Source: an uncultured bacterium
GTDB taxonomy: Bacteria > Poribacteria > WGA-4E > UBA9662
Assembly: GCA_964451145.1 (NCBI GenBank)
Contig: CAYVHK010000001.1
Location: forward strand, 5,873-51,094
Length of the DNA: 45,222 nucleotides
Direction of reading: 5' to 3'
Shown: positions 18,448 to 28,211 of the stretch, one piece after another
How positions within the stretch are numbered: position 1 is the stretch's first letter
Layout of the letters: each line of letters starts with the position of its first letter
Made by a program: the position numbers and the translations under genes
Notes under the pieces: generated by a model
Database searches by the model: none
What the model saw: only the letters and a program-made list of their open reading frames with translations
What the model was told of the DNA's origin: nothing

Positions 18448-19251
18448 ATGGAAGCAACCAAAAACTCCGTTCCAGCGACACAAGAGCCACCCGCTAAGTC
18501 TCAGCGGATTCTACCCAAAGAAAATACTGTTCGTGTCCGAAATTTAATTAAGAAATATGAAATGGGAGATACTGTTGTTCAAGCACTAAGAGGGGTTAAT
18601 TTCGAAATTAAGCGAGGCGAGTATATCTCTATTATGGGGGCTTCTGGTTCAGGAAAATCGACTCTCTTTAATATGGTTGGTGGGCTCGACAAACCAACCG
18701 AAGGTCGGGTCTACATTGATGAAGTCGATATTGCCCAATTGGATGCGGCAGAATTAGCATGGCTACGTTGCCGAAAAATTGGCTATATATTTCAATCGTT
18801 TAATTTAATTCCGGTTATGACTGCGCTAGAGAATGTCTCACTGCCAATGATTTTTGCCGGTGAAACGGCGGACGATAGTCGTGACAAAGCGGTTGATCTC
18901 CTCGATCAAGTGGGCTTGACAGGACGAGTTCACCATAAACCTTTGGAATTATCTGGTGGTCAGCAGCAACGGGTTGCTATTGCTCGAGCCTTAGCCAATG
19001 ACCCGACCATATTATTAGCTGATGAACCAACAGGCAACCTAGACACCAAAACCGGTTTGGAAATCATAGATCTGGTCAAACGACTGAATGCTGAACGAGG
19101 TACTACCATTATCACTGCGACCCATGACACCAAAATGCTGGATGTCTCAGACCGAATTTTTGAAATGGAAGATGGTCGAGTCATGAAGATCGAAACTCGT
19201 GATGAAATCGACTTACAGGTAGGCAAACTCGACGGCGAAGAAGTTGGATAA
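18448..19251 (+). CDS. ABC transporter ATP-binding protein (LolD/MacB/SalX type)
   Basis: Walker A GASGSGKST, GYIFQSFNLI, signature LSGGQQQRVAIARAL, Walker B LLADEPTGNLD, H-loop ATHD. Confidence 0.96.
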   Translation: MEATKNSVPATQEPPAKSQRILPKENTVRVRNLIKKYEMGDTVVQALRGVNFEIKRGEYISIMGASGSGKSTLFNMVGGLDKPTEGRVYIDEVDIAQLDAAELAWLRCRKIGYIFQSFNLIPVMTALENVSLPMIFAGETADDSRDKAVDLLDQVGLTGRVHHKPLELSGGQQQRVAIARALANDPTILLADEPTGNLDTKTGLEIIDLVKRLNAERGTTIITATHDTKMLDVSDRIFEMEDGRVMKIETRDEIDLQVGKLDGEEVG

Positions 19252-19454
19252 AACAATTTGACCTTAATACAATACATCTATCTATGTATAGTTAGTTGAT
19301 TTAAAGAAAAAAATGGTTTTTAACAGTCTTAGAAACGGCGTCCTCCTTGTTTTTTCGAATCTAGCGTATTGTCAAATCCTATTTTTCTGACTACAATTGG
19401 GAAAATGATTGATCAATGAACTAACCAATCAATTATAATTGAGGCTGATGTTCT

Positions 19455-21134
19455 TTAAGGTTTCTGACCTTCGACTAAGACGTATTCTTGGTTAACGGAT
19501 AAATTTTGGTGTTGGTCAATTTGACCACTTGGCCACCGAATTTCCAATTTCTTAATTACCGTCGCTGAGCCCAAGCCGAAATGAACTCGTAAATCGTTAG
19601 CTGCTAGATAGCTGCCATCAGACCTCACCTCTTGGTACTGTGTTAAATTATCAGTAACAATCTTTATCTTAGCACCAATTCCCGATCGGTTGCTTCTTTT
19701 ACCTACTGTTTTAAACCGGACCCAATGGTTTCGGTTACCAACTTCGTTCCGCAATAGGTCAGGAGATTGATTCCAATTAGTTACTAAAATATCAATATCG
19801 CCGTCGTTGTCGTAATCACCAAAGGCTGCGGACCTACTGACCTTTTTTATATTCAGACCACCGGTGCCTTTTACAAGTTCAAACTCACCATTTTGCGTAT
19901 TCCGAAATAGTAGATTTTTTTGAGGATAAGTAATATTAGGTTCTAGTTGGTTAATATTGTCCATTACATGTCCATTGACGACAAAGATGTCTTGCCAACC
20001 ATCGTTGTCGTAATCAAAAAACTTGATTCCCCACCCCAAATAATTATAGGTCTGCTCGGCGATTCCGGTAATAATGGTCAAGTCCATAAAGAAGTTATTG
20101 CCTTCATTGTGGTAAATGGTATTGGTCTCGGTTTGGAAATTACTGACCGTTAAGTCAAGTCGGCCATCATTGTCATAGTCACCGAAGGCAGTTCCCATCC
20201 CGGCTTCTTCCTTACCCATATCATTATAAGCAACCCCTGCCAGTAGAGCCACTTCATCAAAATTGCCATCACCTCGATTTTGAAATAAAAAATTGGGATC
20301 TTGGTCATTTGCTAGATACAAATCTGAATCACCATCATTATCATAGTCAGCTACGGCTAAACCCAGTCCATGACAAGACCCTGATTGAAAAATTCCTCGT
20401 TGCTCAGTTTGATCAGAAAAAGTGCCATCACGATTATTAACAAAGAGTTTATCGGGGGCTGGTGCATAAGCATGTGGCCCACAATAAACGTGAATTTGAC
20501 GATTAATACATTGACGGTCAAGAGGCACCTCATAGTCGGCGTAATTGGTAACGTAGAGATCGAGATAGCCGTCGCTATCGATATCAGTCAAGGCACAACT
20601 AGTTCCCCAGCTAGAGTTGTCAATCTTAGCAAATTGTGTCACATTTTTGAAACTTCCGTCGCCTTGGTTTTTATACAGGACATCAGCACCGAAGTTAGTA
20701 AGATACAAATCAGTGAAACCATCGTTGTCATAGTCCCCAACTGCACAACCTACCCCGTAACCATCATGACCTAAATTAGTGTATGAAGTCATATTCCTAA
20801 AAGTACCATCGCCCCGATTTTGGTACATCTGGTTGGAAATAGTTGTTCGGGCTGCAGGTGTTTGTCTGGCTCCGTTTGGCAAATAAAGGTCTAAATCGCC
20901 ATCATTATCATAATCAAAAAAAGCAACTCCAGCACCGACGAACTCATTAAATAACCTTTGTTGACTACGACCATCCGAGTGTACAAAATCAATTTGGGCA
21001 ATTTTGGTTACTGAACTAAAAATCAATTCGGCTTGAATCTCAGTAATACTAATAATAAACATCCACCAAACTGACCATACGTAATGGCCAATTGTTCTAT
21101 TTTGGCTGATTATTTTGGGCTTGTAAAATTTCAT
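19455..21134 (-). CDS. CRTAC1-family protein (FG-GAP/VCBS repeats plus ASPIC/UnbV domain)
   Basis: About 7 DYDNDGxxD repeats; C-terminal GIGAKI...VHFGLG...IRWPSG. Confidence 0.92.
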   Translation of the reverse strand: MKFYKPKIISQNRTIGHYVWSVWWMFIISITEIQAELIFSSVTKIAQIDFVHSDGRSQQRLFNEFVGAGVAFFDYDNDGDLDLYLPNGARQTPAARTTISNQMYQNRGDGTFRNMTSYTNLGHDGYGVGCAVGDYDNDGFTDLYLTNFGADVLYKNQGDGSFKNVTQFAKIDNSSWGTSCALTDIDSDGYLDLYVTNYADYEVPLDRQCINRQIHVYCGPHAYAPAPDKLFVNNRDGTFSDQTEQRGIFQSGSCHGLGLAVADYDNDGDSDLYLANDQDPNFLFQNRGDGNFDEVALLAGVAYNDMGKEEAGMGTAFGDYDNDGRLDLTVSNFQTETNTIYHNEGNNFFMDLTIITGIAEQTYNYLGWGIKFFDYDNDGWQDIFVVNGHVMDNINQLEPNITYPQKNLLFRNTQNGEFELVKGTGGLNIKKVSRSAAFGDYDNDGDIDILVTNWNQSPDLLRNEVGNRNHWVRFKTVGKRSNRSGIGAKIKIVTDNLTQYQEVRSDGSYLAANDLRVHFGLGSATVIKKLEIRWPSGQIDQHQNLSVNQEYVLVEGQKP

Positions 21135-22632
21135 TAAGTCGTTTTTGATACTCTGGATAATCAGGAGATTGGGACAAGGCTTGGCGGATTGTCACCTCAG
21201 CCAATTGCAAATCATCCCGACGTAGGTGGACGAAAGCTAGCGTTGCCAACTCCGGTGCGGATGGATTTAGTTCAACTGCTTTTTGTGCAAATTTCTTGGC
21301 ATTGTCGAGATAAGTTCTTGTCTCTGCGTAAATTTGCGCGATATGGCGATAGGGGCGAGAGTCGTTAGGTCGATCTTGGATGGCTGTTTGAAAAGCAATC
21401 AAAGCTTCATTAGTTTGACCATTTTTGATCCGCAATTGGCCAAGTGCTATCATGGTGTCAGGCCCACGATCTCCCAATTTCACAATTTGTTCATAAATAT
21501 CTAGCGCTAAATTAGAATTACCTTCAGCCAAGTGGACTTCAGCCAAACCGTGATAGGCCAAAGTGAGATTAGGGGATAATTGGATGGCTGTTCTTAGGAG
21601 TTGCTTGGCTTGATTAAAATGTTCTTTTTGAGTGTAAATCCAGCTCAATCTTAAATATGTTTCTAGAGATTCTGGTTTTAACTGGATCAATTTCTGAAAG
21701 GCTGAAATAGCAGTTTCGAAATTTCCTATCTGCATACAAATACGGCCCAACTGATCCCAGGCCTGAGCTAGTTGAGGTTGCTGTACAGTGATGAGTTGAT
21801 ACTGTTGCAGGCTGGCTGACAAGTTTTGGTTCTGATAGTGTAACTCGGCCATTGCAAGATGGGGTTTTAGGTTAGTAGGATCATCGGCCAACGCCATTTG
21901 CAGATTGTAAATTTGATCAAAGTATTTTTTAAGTTTTTTAAATTGGTGGCGGTGTCGTTCAGCCAATTCTCGATTGGAGGTTTGCTGATAGACTTTTATT
22001 AAACCAAAGTGTGGCCGATGATCAAACGGATCCAAGTTAATCATTTTCTGAAAGTAGACAACAGCTTTTTGAGTCTGACTTTTCATAAGGGCAATATGAC
22101 CAAGTTTTTGGTATGCATCAGAAAAGTCTTTTTTTTGAGAAACGGCCTGTTGAAAAGCAGAACTTGCGAAATTCAACTGCCTCCGAAGAAGGTAAATTTC
22201 CCCAAGATGGTAGTAGGATTCGGCAACTTGAGGCAACACTTTCACTGCAGCGTTAGCTTGCTGAAAAGCTAAATCAAGTTGGCCTAAGTGGAGATATATT
22301 TCAGCTAGCATTACATGAGTTTGTCCAGAAAATTTCTCAGTTGGGTTAAGATCAAATATTGGTTTCAAGATCTCCGCAGCTTCATGGTAACGGCGTTGGC
22401 AACGATAAGCATCACCCAAATAATAACGGGTTAAAAAGGAAGATGGATTCTTTACGAAAATAGGTAACAACAGTTCAATCGCTAATTGGTAGGCCCCTTG
22501 TTCTATGTAACTAATTGCCGGTAGAAATTTACTATTGTTGGCTTTGGTTTGCGGGACGATCAAACTGAAAATTAGACTTAGACCAAAAAATAGCCTAAAA
22601 AAATTGGCAACTAAATACGTTATACGTTCCAT
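21097..22632 (-). CDS. Secreted tetratricopeptide-repeat protein
   Basis: Signal peptide then many TPR units (YYLGDAY, YYHLGEIY, AWDQLGRI, AYHGLAEV). The longest ORF extends to 22677; ATG 22632 reduces the overlap with the PhyH gene. Confidence 0.9.
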   Translation of the reverse strand: MERITYLVANFFRLFFGLSLIFSLIVPQTKANNSKFLPAISYIEQGAYQLAIELLLPIFVKNPSSFLTRYYLGDAYRCQRRYHEAAEILKPIFDLNPTEKFSGQTHVMLAEIYLHLGQLDLAFQQANAAVKVLPQVAESYYHLGEIYLLRRQLNFASSAFQQAVSQKKDFSDAYQKLGHIALMKSQTQKAVVYFQKMINLDPFDHRPHFGLIKVYQQTSNRELAERHRHQFKKLKKYFDQIYNLQMALADDPTNLKPHLAMAELHYQNQNLSASLQQYQLITVQQPQLAQAWDQLGRICMQIGNFETAISAFQKLIQLKPESLETYLRLSWIYTQKEHFNQAKQLLRTAIQLSPNLTLAYHGLAEVHLAEGNSNLALDIYEQIVKLGDRGPDTMIALGQLRIKNGQTNEALIAFQTAIQDRPNDSRPYRHIAQIYAETRTYLDNAKKFAQKAVELNPSAPELATLAFVHLRRDDLQLAEVTIRQALSQSPDYPEYQKRLNEILQAQNNQPK

Positions 22633-23510
22633 TTCTGACGGGCTTTTTCCATAGAAACAGTTTTTCCTTTTTGCCAAGAATAGTGTCCAGCTGGTTTAGG
22701 TCCGATCCAACGTTCATCGACTGGTTCATTAGCCGGTTGGTAACGGGTATCTGTGGTCAGACGAAACCGATTGGTTGTATTATCTAGAGAAGCATGCATA
22801 GTAAACATACCAAAAATTAATACATCACCGGCCTGGAAATTGGTTGTTTGCCACTGGCCACCGTATCTGTCGATCAGTTCAAAGGGATCGTTAGAAAACC
22901 AGCCAGTGATGTGATCTCGGTCAACGTCCATTTGACCATATGTTTTTTTGATAATATCAAAACGATGCGAACCTACCAAAACGGCTAGAGGTCCCAACTC
23001 TATTGGAATATCACCAATGGGTGTCCAACAAGTCAAAACATTATTTGTTCCACGTCCCATATAAACAATATCGTAATGGGCACCAGTGAATCCTTTGGGC
23101 GGAACAGCTCTTAACCATTTATAATCATAGGTTAGGGTTGGTGTTCCAAAAAAATGATCACAAAAATTCATAATCTGTGGTGATTCAACCAAATTCAAAA
23201 AATCATTATCCCTTGTCATTTCTTCATGACCACCAAAAAAACCACCGCGCTGATCGGTTTTGGCCACGCCGTCTAGTAATGGAAAATCAGTATCAATTTG
23301 CCCTTGATTTGATAGTTGATTAATCAGGTGTCGCCGAGCTGTTTTCACCAAATCAACTGGTTGTAGGTTACGAATTAGTAAGTAACCATCTTCCTCAAAT
23401 CGCTGATGCAAATCGTCTGTCGAGTCCAAAATATCGTTTGATTCTCTCAACCAACCCAGATATTTTTCACCCAAAACCATTTGCTGTTGATTCATGGTAA
23501 CCATTTTCAT
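22620..23510 (-). CDS. Phytanoyl-CoA dioxygenase (PhyH)-family Fe(II)/2OG dioxygenase
   Basis: FEEDGYL, HxD (AHYD), WTPIGD, GSH, GDVLIF...H, RLTTDTRY; strong GGAGG RBS. Confidence 0.92.
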   Translation of the reverse strand: MKMVTMNQQQMVLGEKYLGWLRESNDILDSTDDLHQRFEEDGYLLIRNLQPVDLVKTARRHLINQLSNQGQIDTDFPLLDGVAKTDQRGGFFGGHEEMTRDNDFLNLVESPQIMNFCDHFFGTPTLTYDYKWLRAVPPKGFTGAHYDIVYMGRGTNNVLTCWTPIGDIPIELGPLAVLVGSHRFDIIKKTYGQMDVDRDHITGWFSNDPFELIDRYGGQWQTTNFQAGDVLIFGMFTMHASLDNTTNRFRLTTDTRYQPANEPVDERWIGPKPAGHYSWQKGKTVSMEKARQKWNV

Positions 23511-23583
23511 CTCCTCCCAACTAACCGTTATGCATAAAGTAATATCCCAATAGAGCTATCATACACCGAATAACCAACTGCGT

Positions 23584-24426
23584 TCAACTCACAGGAGCCT
23601 CTACCGAAGGCCAAGACCAGACTTTTAACGCAGTGCGTCCCAAAACCCAATTGAGTTCATCAGAGGTTAAAAATGACATTTCATCTTTAACCACTGATAA
23701 TGTTTCAGCATAACTGGCTTTGCCAAGACATACTGGCCAATCGGTTCCCCACATGATCCGTTCAGCCCCAAAAGATTGATGAACCGATTTCACCAGGTCA
23801 TAAGTATCGACCCAAGGATATTGTATCTGGGAAATAGACCAAGTATGACTAATTTTGACAAATACACGGGGATAACGAGCCAGATAGATTAGTTGTTGCC
23901 GCTGATCTATGTCATTAATTGAACAATCAGCCATATGATCAACAACTACATCCACATCACTATGCCGGTCCAAAATATTTGCTAAATCAGCAAGTCGTTG
24001 TGGCCGAGTTAAGATTAATATGGGAATATTGTGTTTTTCAGCTCTACTAAAAATTGGATCCATCAAATCTGATTGGGAAAACCAATCGCCAGAAGAATCA
24101 GTCGATGGACTTAATCGTATTCCTTGCAAACCATGTTCTTCAACCCAGTAACTCAAATGGTCAGCCGCCGATGGATCTTGAGGATTAATTCGTCCTACGC
24201 CCACAAACTTATGGGGGTATTTTTTAACAGAATGAGACACGAAGGTATTATCCCAACGATAGTGAATAACCTGTACCAAAACGGTTTTTTCTACACCGTT
24301 GGCTTCCATTAAATCGAGTAATATTTCCGGTGTTGCGTCAAATTTTGGCGGATTAACTGACTCTTTGGCCCATGGAAATTGTGGGTCATTTTTCCAAACG
24401 TGAACATGCGGATCAATAATTCTCAT
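23584..24426 (-). CDS. Amidohydrolase_2-family protein (L-fuconolactonase-like)
   Basis: IIDPHVHVW, VLVQ, GIRL, VVDHMA, VKIS, FGAERIMWGTDWPV. Confidence 0.88.
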   Translation of the reverse strand: MRIIDPHVHVWKNDPQFPWAKESVNPPKFDATPEILLDLMEANGVEKTVLVQVIHYRWDNTFVSHSVKKYPHKFVGVGRINPQDPSAADHLSYWVEEHGLQGIRLSPSTDSSGDWFSQSDLMDPIFSRAEKHNIPILILTRPQRLADLANILDRHSDVDVVVDHMADCSINDIDQRQQLIYLARYPRVFVKISHTWSISQIQYPWVDTYDLVKSVHQSFGAERIMWGTDWPVCLGKASYAETLSVVKDEMSFLTSDELNWVLGRTALKVWSWPSVEAPVS

Positions 24427-24521
24427 GAAGAATTTCCTTTTTTAAAATTTGTGTTCCGTTTATATTAATAACTATTTGGTAATCTTAATTAAGGTGGTCA
24501 ACAATAACAGGATGTCTCTTT

Positions 24522-25131
24522 TTAGTTGGAATCCCATTGTTTTTTTAACCGATTTTCCGTCTTAAAAATAACTCATCGAGTTTGATCTGCCAATCAATTG
24601 TCTACCACCTCTTGTTTTAGTATAAGCGATTTGGTAATATCGGGTAGTTCTTGATCGATTAGCAAAAAAATAGTAAGCACCGTGACTGGAAAAAACGAAT
24701 ATTCGTTCACCAATCTCCGTTTCTGATGAATCCAACCGTTATAGTTTAAAAAGATAATCAGCATAAAAAACAGATAGACGAATAACGGTCGGTAAATATT
24801 GGCAGTAGCTTCAAATAGGAACGGAAAAGATAATTACCAAATTCGAGGTACGAACTGGATCAAAGACTCCATTTTTTGAATCCGGTCTTAATATACAACG
24901 AGTAAGACAAATGCTGGTAAGTAAGCCGATAATCAGCAAAACGAAGTTGAGAAATTCATTACTTTTGGAAAGTTGGTTTGCTACCCAACCAACTATACCC
25001 GAATCGGTTGGGTAGCAAACCAACTTTAGATAAGGATAAAAAAATCTAATCCAACTGTCGTCAGTATACCGATTGCAATTTCAAAATATGGTGGTTTACT
25101 AATACCGACATACCATTTCACCACGATTCAT
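24522..25131 (-). pseudogene. Fragmented membrane-protein gene
   Basis: Three hydrophobic coding-like fragments in different frames join with shifts at the A7 run (25038-25044) and near 24825; in-frame TGA at 24594-24596 and 24573-24575; fills a 760-bp gap in a co-oriented gene run. Confidence 0.5.
24969..25027. repeat. Perfect 22-bp inverted repeat with a 15-nt spacer
   Basis: aaagttggtttgctacccaacc (24969-24990) and ggttgggtagcaaaccaacttt (25006-25027) are exact reverse complements. Confidence 0.95.
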
Positions 25132-25190
25132 TTTTGTGTGCTTTCGACAAAGATAAATTGACCGATAACAAATAAATATTCAGGCAGGAT

Positions 25191-27584
25191 CTAATCCAGA
25201 AACGATTGCTCCCAAACTTGGTCAATATGTTTAACAAAAATAAATTGAAGACCACGTTGAGCCTCTTTGGGGATCTCAGCTAAATCTTTGCGATTTTTTT
25301 CTGGGGCGATAACTGTCTTGATACCAGCTTGTTTCGCTGCTAATACTTTCTCTTTTAGGCCGCCAATTGGTAATACTCGTCCTCGTAACGAAATCTCTCC
25401 GGTCATCGCTATTTCATTGGAGACGACTTGATCGGTAGCCAGAGAAACCAAAGCTGTGGCCATGGTTATGCCGGCTGAAGGACCATCCTTAGGAGTAGCT
25501 CCGGCCGGCACATGCAGGTGAAAGTCATTCTCTTTGAAGAAGTCAGGGTTAACCAATAACGCTTCAGATTGCGATTTAACATAGCTCAAGGCTGCTTGTG
25601 CTGATTCTTGCATCACACTTCCAAGTTGGCCAGTAACAGTCATTTTGCCCTCGCCTTTCATTCGTGTACACTCTACAAATAGTACCTCACCTCCATACGA
25701 TGTTACGGATAAGCCCGTAACTACGCCGATATCACCTTCCCGCTCAGCTACTTCTGGCTGAAATTTAACTGGTCCCAAATAGGTTTCAATTTTGGGGGCA
25801 GCAATATCAACTCGTCGTTTTCGGCCTGTCGCAAATTGGCGAGCCACTTTGCGACAGACACTACCAAGTTCTCTCTCCAGATTTCGCAGTCCAGCTTCTC
25901 GAGTATAACTACTGATTACTGTTTCTATAGCTCGGTCTTCAAATTGAAGTTTTTTGGCCGAAATCCCATTAGCGTCCAGTTGACGAGGTACTAAATACCG
26001 CTTGGCAATCATTAGTTTCTCTTTTTGAGTGTAACCAAGCAAATGCAAAATTTCCATTCGGTCTCGCAAGGGTGGTGGAATAGTGTCGAGTTGGTTGGCG
26101 GTAGCAATGAACATTACTTTGGAGAGGTCGAAGGGAACATCGAGGTAATTATCAGCAAAATTGTGGTTCTGTTCAGGATCTAATACTTCCAAAAGAGCGG
26201 ATGCTGGATCACCTCGAAAATCTGAACTCATTTTATCAAGTTCGTCCAGCATGAAGATCGGATTTTTGGATTCCGCTTGCCTCAGGCTTTTGATAATACG
26301 ACCAGGCATTGAGCCGATATAGGTTCGCCGATGACCACGAATTTCTGCTTCATCATGAACACCGCCTAGAGAAATACGGACGAATTCTCTCCCCATCGAG
26401 CGAGCAATCGATCGGCCCAACGAAGTCTTACCTACTCCTGGTGGACCGACAAAACACAAAATTGGCCCCTTCATATCTGATTTCAAAGACCGAACTGCCA
26501 AATATTCCAGAATTCGGTCTTTTACTTTGGTTAAATTATAATGATCTTCATCTAAAATTTGTTGAGCCCGGGTAAGATCAAGGTTGTCTTTTGTTTCATG
26601 TTCCCACGGTAGATTAACCATCCAGTCTAGATAATTGCGACAAACAGTGGCTTCTGGCGAAAATGACTGCATCTGAGACAAGCGTTTTAATTCACGTTCT
26701 GATGATTTTAATGCTTTTTCCGGCATCTTCATTTGCTTAAGTTTATCTCGATATTCTTCGATTTCAGCTGATAAATCTTCCGTGTCCCCCAGCTCTTTTT
26801 GAATTGCTCGGATTTGCTCCCGTAAGAAGTATTCTTTTTGTGATTGATTGATTTCAGCCTCAGCATCAGATTGAATTTTGCTTTCCAATTCAACTAGATT
26901 TAGTTCTTTGGTCAGCATTTTTACCAAATTTTCTAGCCGTCCTTCAACTGTTATCTCTTCCAAGAGTTGTTGTTTGTCCTCTGTTTTTAGACTTATAATA
27001 GAAGCAATGTAATCTGCAAGTCGACCTGGCTGGTCAATATTATCGGCAATAATGGCAAATTCTTCTTGATAACGAGAAGAAATGGTTACAATTTGGCTAA
27101 ACAGATCATTTGCACTTCGCACTAAGGCTTCGGACTCCATATTCCCAAAATCATCAGAAATCTTATCTTCCAGCAGAGAAACCTGAGCCTTCATAAACGG
27201 TTCTGTCTGTAATACTTCATTGATGGCAACACGGGCCTTTCCTTGGGCTAAAAATAGAACACTGTCCCCATCCTTTTTATAACGTACAATATGAACTAAT
27301 GTTCCGACAGGACTCAGGTCATCAGCAGTTAATTGTTGCAGTTCTTTTTCAACGCTTTGGCGGAACAAACAAAGAAATCGTTGTTCATTTAACATAGCAT
27401 ACTCAACTGCAGACGATACATTTTCGCCCGACAAAGCTACATGGTGGGGTGAGAAAGGCGGAACCGGCGGCATGAAGGGATAAACAACTAAATCCCCTAA
27501 TACTGGAATAATAGGTAGTTCATTGCTTATATCAAATCGGGTTATACCTTGAGATTCATCTCCCAATGGATTTTGGTCACTCAT
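25191..27584 (-). CDS. lon: ATP-dependent Lon protease (LonA)
   Basis: Walker A GPPGVGKTS, GHRRTYIG, LDELDK, ALLEVLDPEQN, catalytic PKDGPSAG and GGLKEK. ATG 27584 lies 6 nt after AGGAGG; the longest ORF extends to 27617. Confidence 0.97.
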   Translation of the reverse strand: MSDQNPLGDESQGITRFDISNELPIIPVLGDLVVYPFMPPVPPFSPHHVALSGENVSSAVEYAMLNEQRFLCLFRQSVEKELQQLTADDLSPVGTLVHIVRYKKDGDSVLFLAQGKARVAINEVLQTEPFMKAQVSLLEDKISDDFGNMESEALVRSANDLFSQIVTISSRYQEEFAIIADNIDQPGRLADYIASIISLKTEDKQQLLEEITVEGRLENLVKMLTKELNLVELESKIQSDAEAEINQSQKEYFLREQIRAIQKELGDTEDLSAEIEEYRDKLKQMKMPEKALKSSERELKRLSQMQSFSPEATVCRNYLDWMVNLPWEHETKDNLDLTRAQQILDEDHYNLTKVKDRILEYLAVRSLKSDMKGPILCFVGPPGVGKTSLGRSIARSMGREFVRISLGGVHDEAEIRGHRRTYIGSMPGRIIKSLRQAESKNPIFMLDELDKMSSDFRGDPASALLEVLDPEQNHNFADNYLDVPFDLSKVMFIATANQLDTIPPPLRDRMEILHLLGYTQKEKLMIAKRYLVPRQLDANGISAKKLQFEDRAIETVISSYTREAGLRNLERELGSVCRKVARQFATGRKRRVDIAAPKIETYLGPVKFQPEVAEREGDIGVVTGLSVTSYGGEVLFVECTRMKGEGKMTVTGQLGSVMQESAQAALSYVKSQSEALLVNPDFFKENDFHLHVPAGATPKDGPSAGITMATALVSLATDQVVSNEIAMTGEISLRGRVLPIGGLKEKVLAAKQAGIKTVIAPEKNRKDLAEIPKEAQRGLQFIFVKHIDQVWEQSFLD

Positions 27585-28116
27585 CTTCATCCTCCTGAGA
27601 GTTAACTTGAATACCAATCTGCTGGTGTCCTGAAATCATATTCGACTCAGCCTTATTAGATAGGTTTTGATTCGTTTTAACTTCAACTACGATGTTCTTA
27701 GATTGGCGTTCTTTTTTTGGTATTTTGATTTCCAAAAACCCATTATCATAACTAGCCGTTGGTGTGACTTCTTCTACATGTACATTAGGTAGAACAACTC
27801 GACGCTCAAAATGACCGTAGCTCAACCCTGCTTGGTGGTAGTGTTGTTTTTTAAGCTCGGTTTTATCTTGACGGAAACCACGTATAATCAAGCTATCTTC
27901 TTCTAGACGAATTTTGACGTCGTTTTCGGGGTCAATACCAGCGACTTCCAATTTGACCACGAAACTGTCCACTGTTTCGTAAATATCCATCGGTGGTCTC
28001 CACAAGTCAGTCTCGACATTGGAAGAAGAGAATGCATCAAATAATCGTTCAGCTTCCCCTTGCATTTCAATTTTCATTTCGAAAAATTGATCAATCAGTT
28101 CTTTAGAAAACTTCAT
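27577..28116 (-). CDS. Hsp20/alpha-crystallin small heat-shock protein
   Basis: WRPPMDIYET, YGHFERRVVLP, ASYDNGFLEIKIPK; AGGAG RBS; overlaps the lon start. Confidence 0.93.
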   Translation of the reverse strand: MKFSKELIDQFFEMKIEMQGEAERLFDAFSSSNVETDLWRPPMDIYETVDSFVVKLEVAGIDPENDVKIRLEEDSLIIRGFRQDKTELKKQHYHQAGLSYGHFERRVVLPNVHVEEVTPTASYDNGFLEIKIPKKERQSKNIVVEVKTNQNLSNKAESNMISGHQQIGIQVNSQEDEDE

Positions 28117-28211
28117 GCTGATTTTACTCCTGTGGCAATTGGTTTTTCAATTAATCTCTGTCTTTATAGGCTTGTGACTTGCCAGTATTATTTGAGGTTG
28201 AATCAAAATTA

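Noticed and set aside
19790-20920. Recurring nucleotide motifs in the CRTAC1 gene
   Set aside because: Explained by the encoded DYDNDG FG-GAP repeats
24969-25027. Inverted repeat read as a CRISPR repeat, IS end or intrinsic terminator
   Set aside because: Only one copy in the window, no spacers, cas genes or transposase, and no convincing U-tract
28117-28211. Heat-shock operator or sigma54 site upstream of hsp20-lon
   Set aside because: No CIRCE (TTAGCACTC-N9-GAGTGCTAA), and the TGGCAA lacks a -12 TTGC
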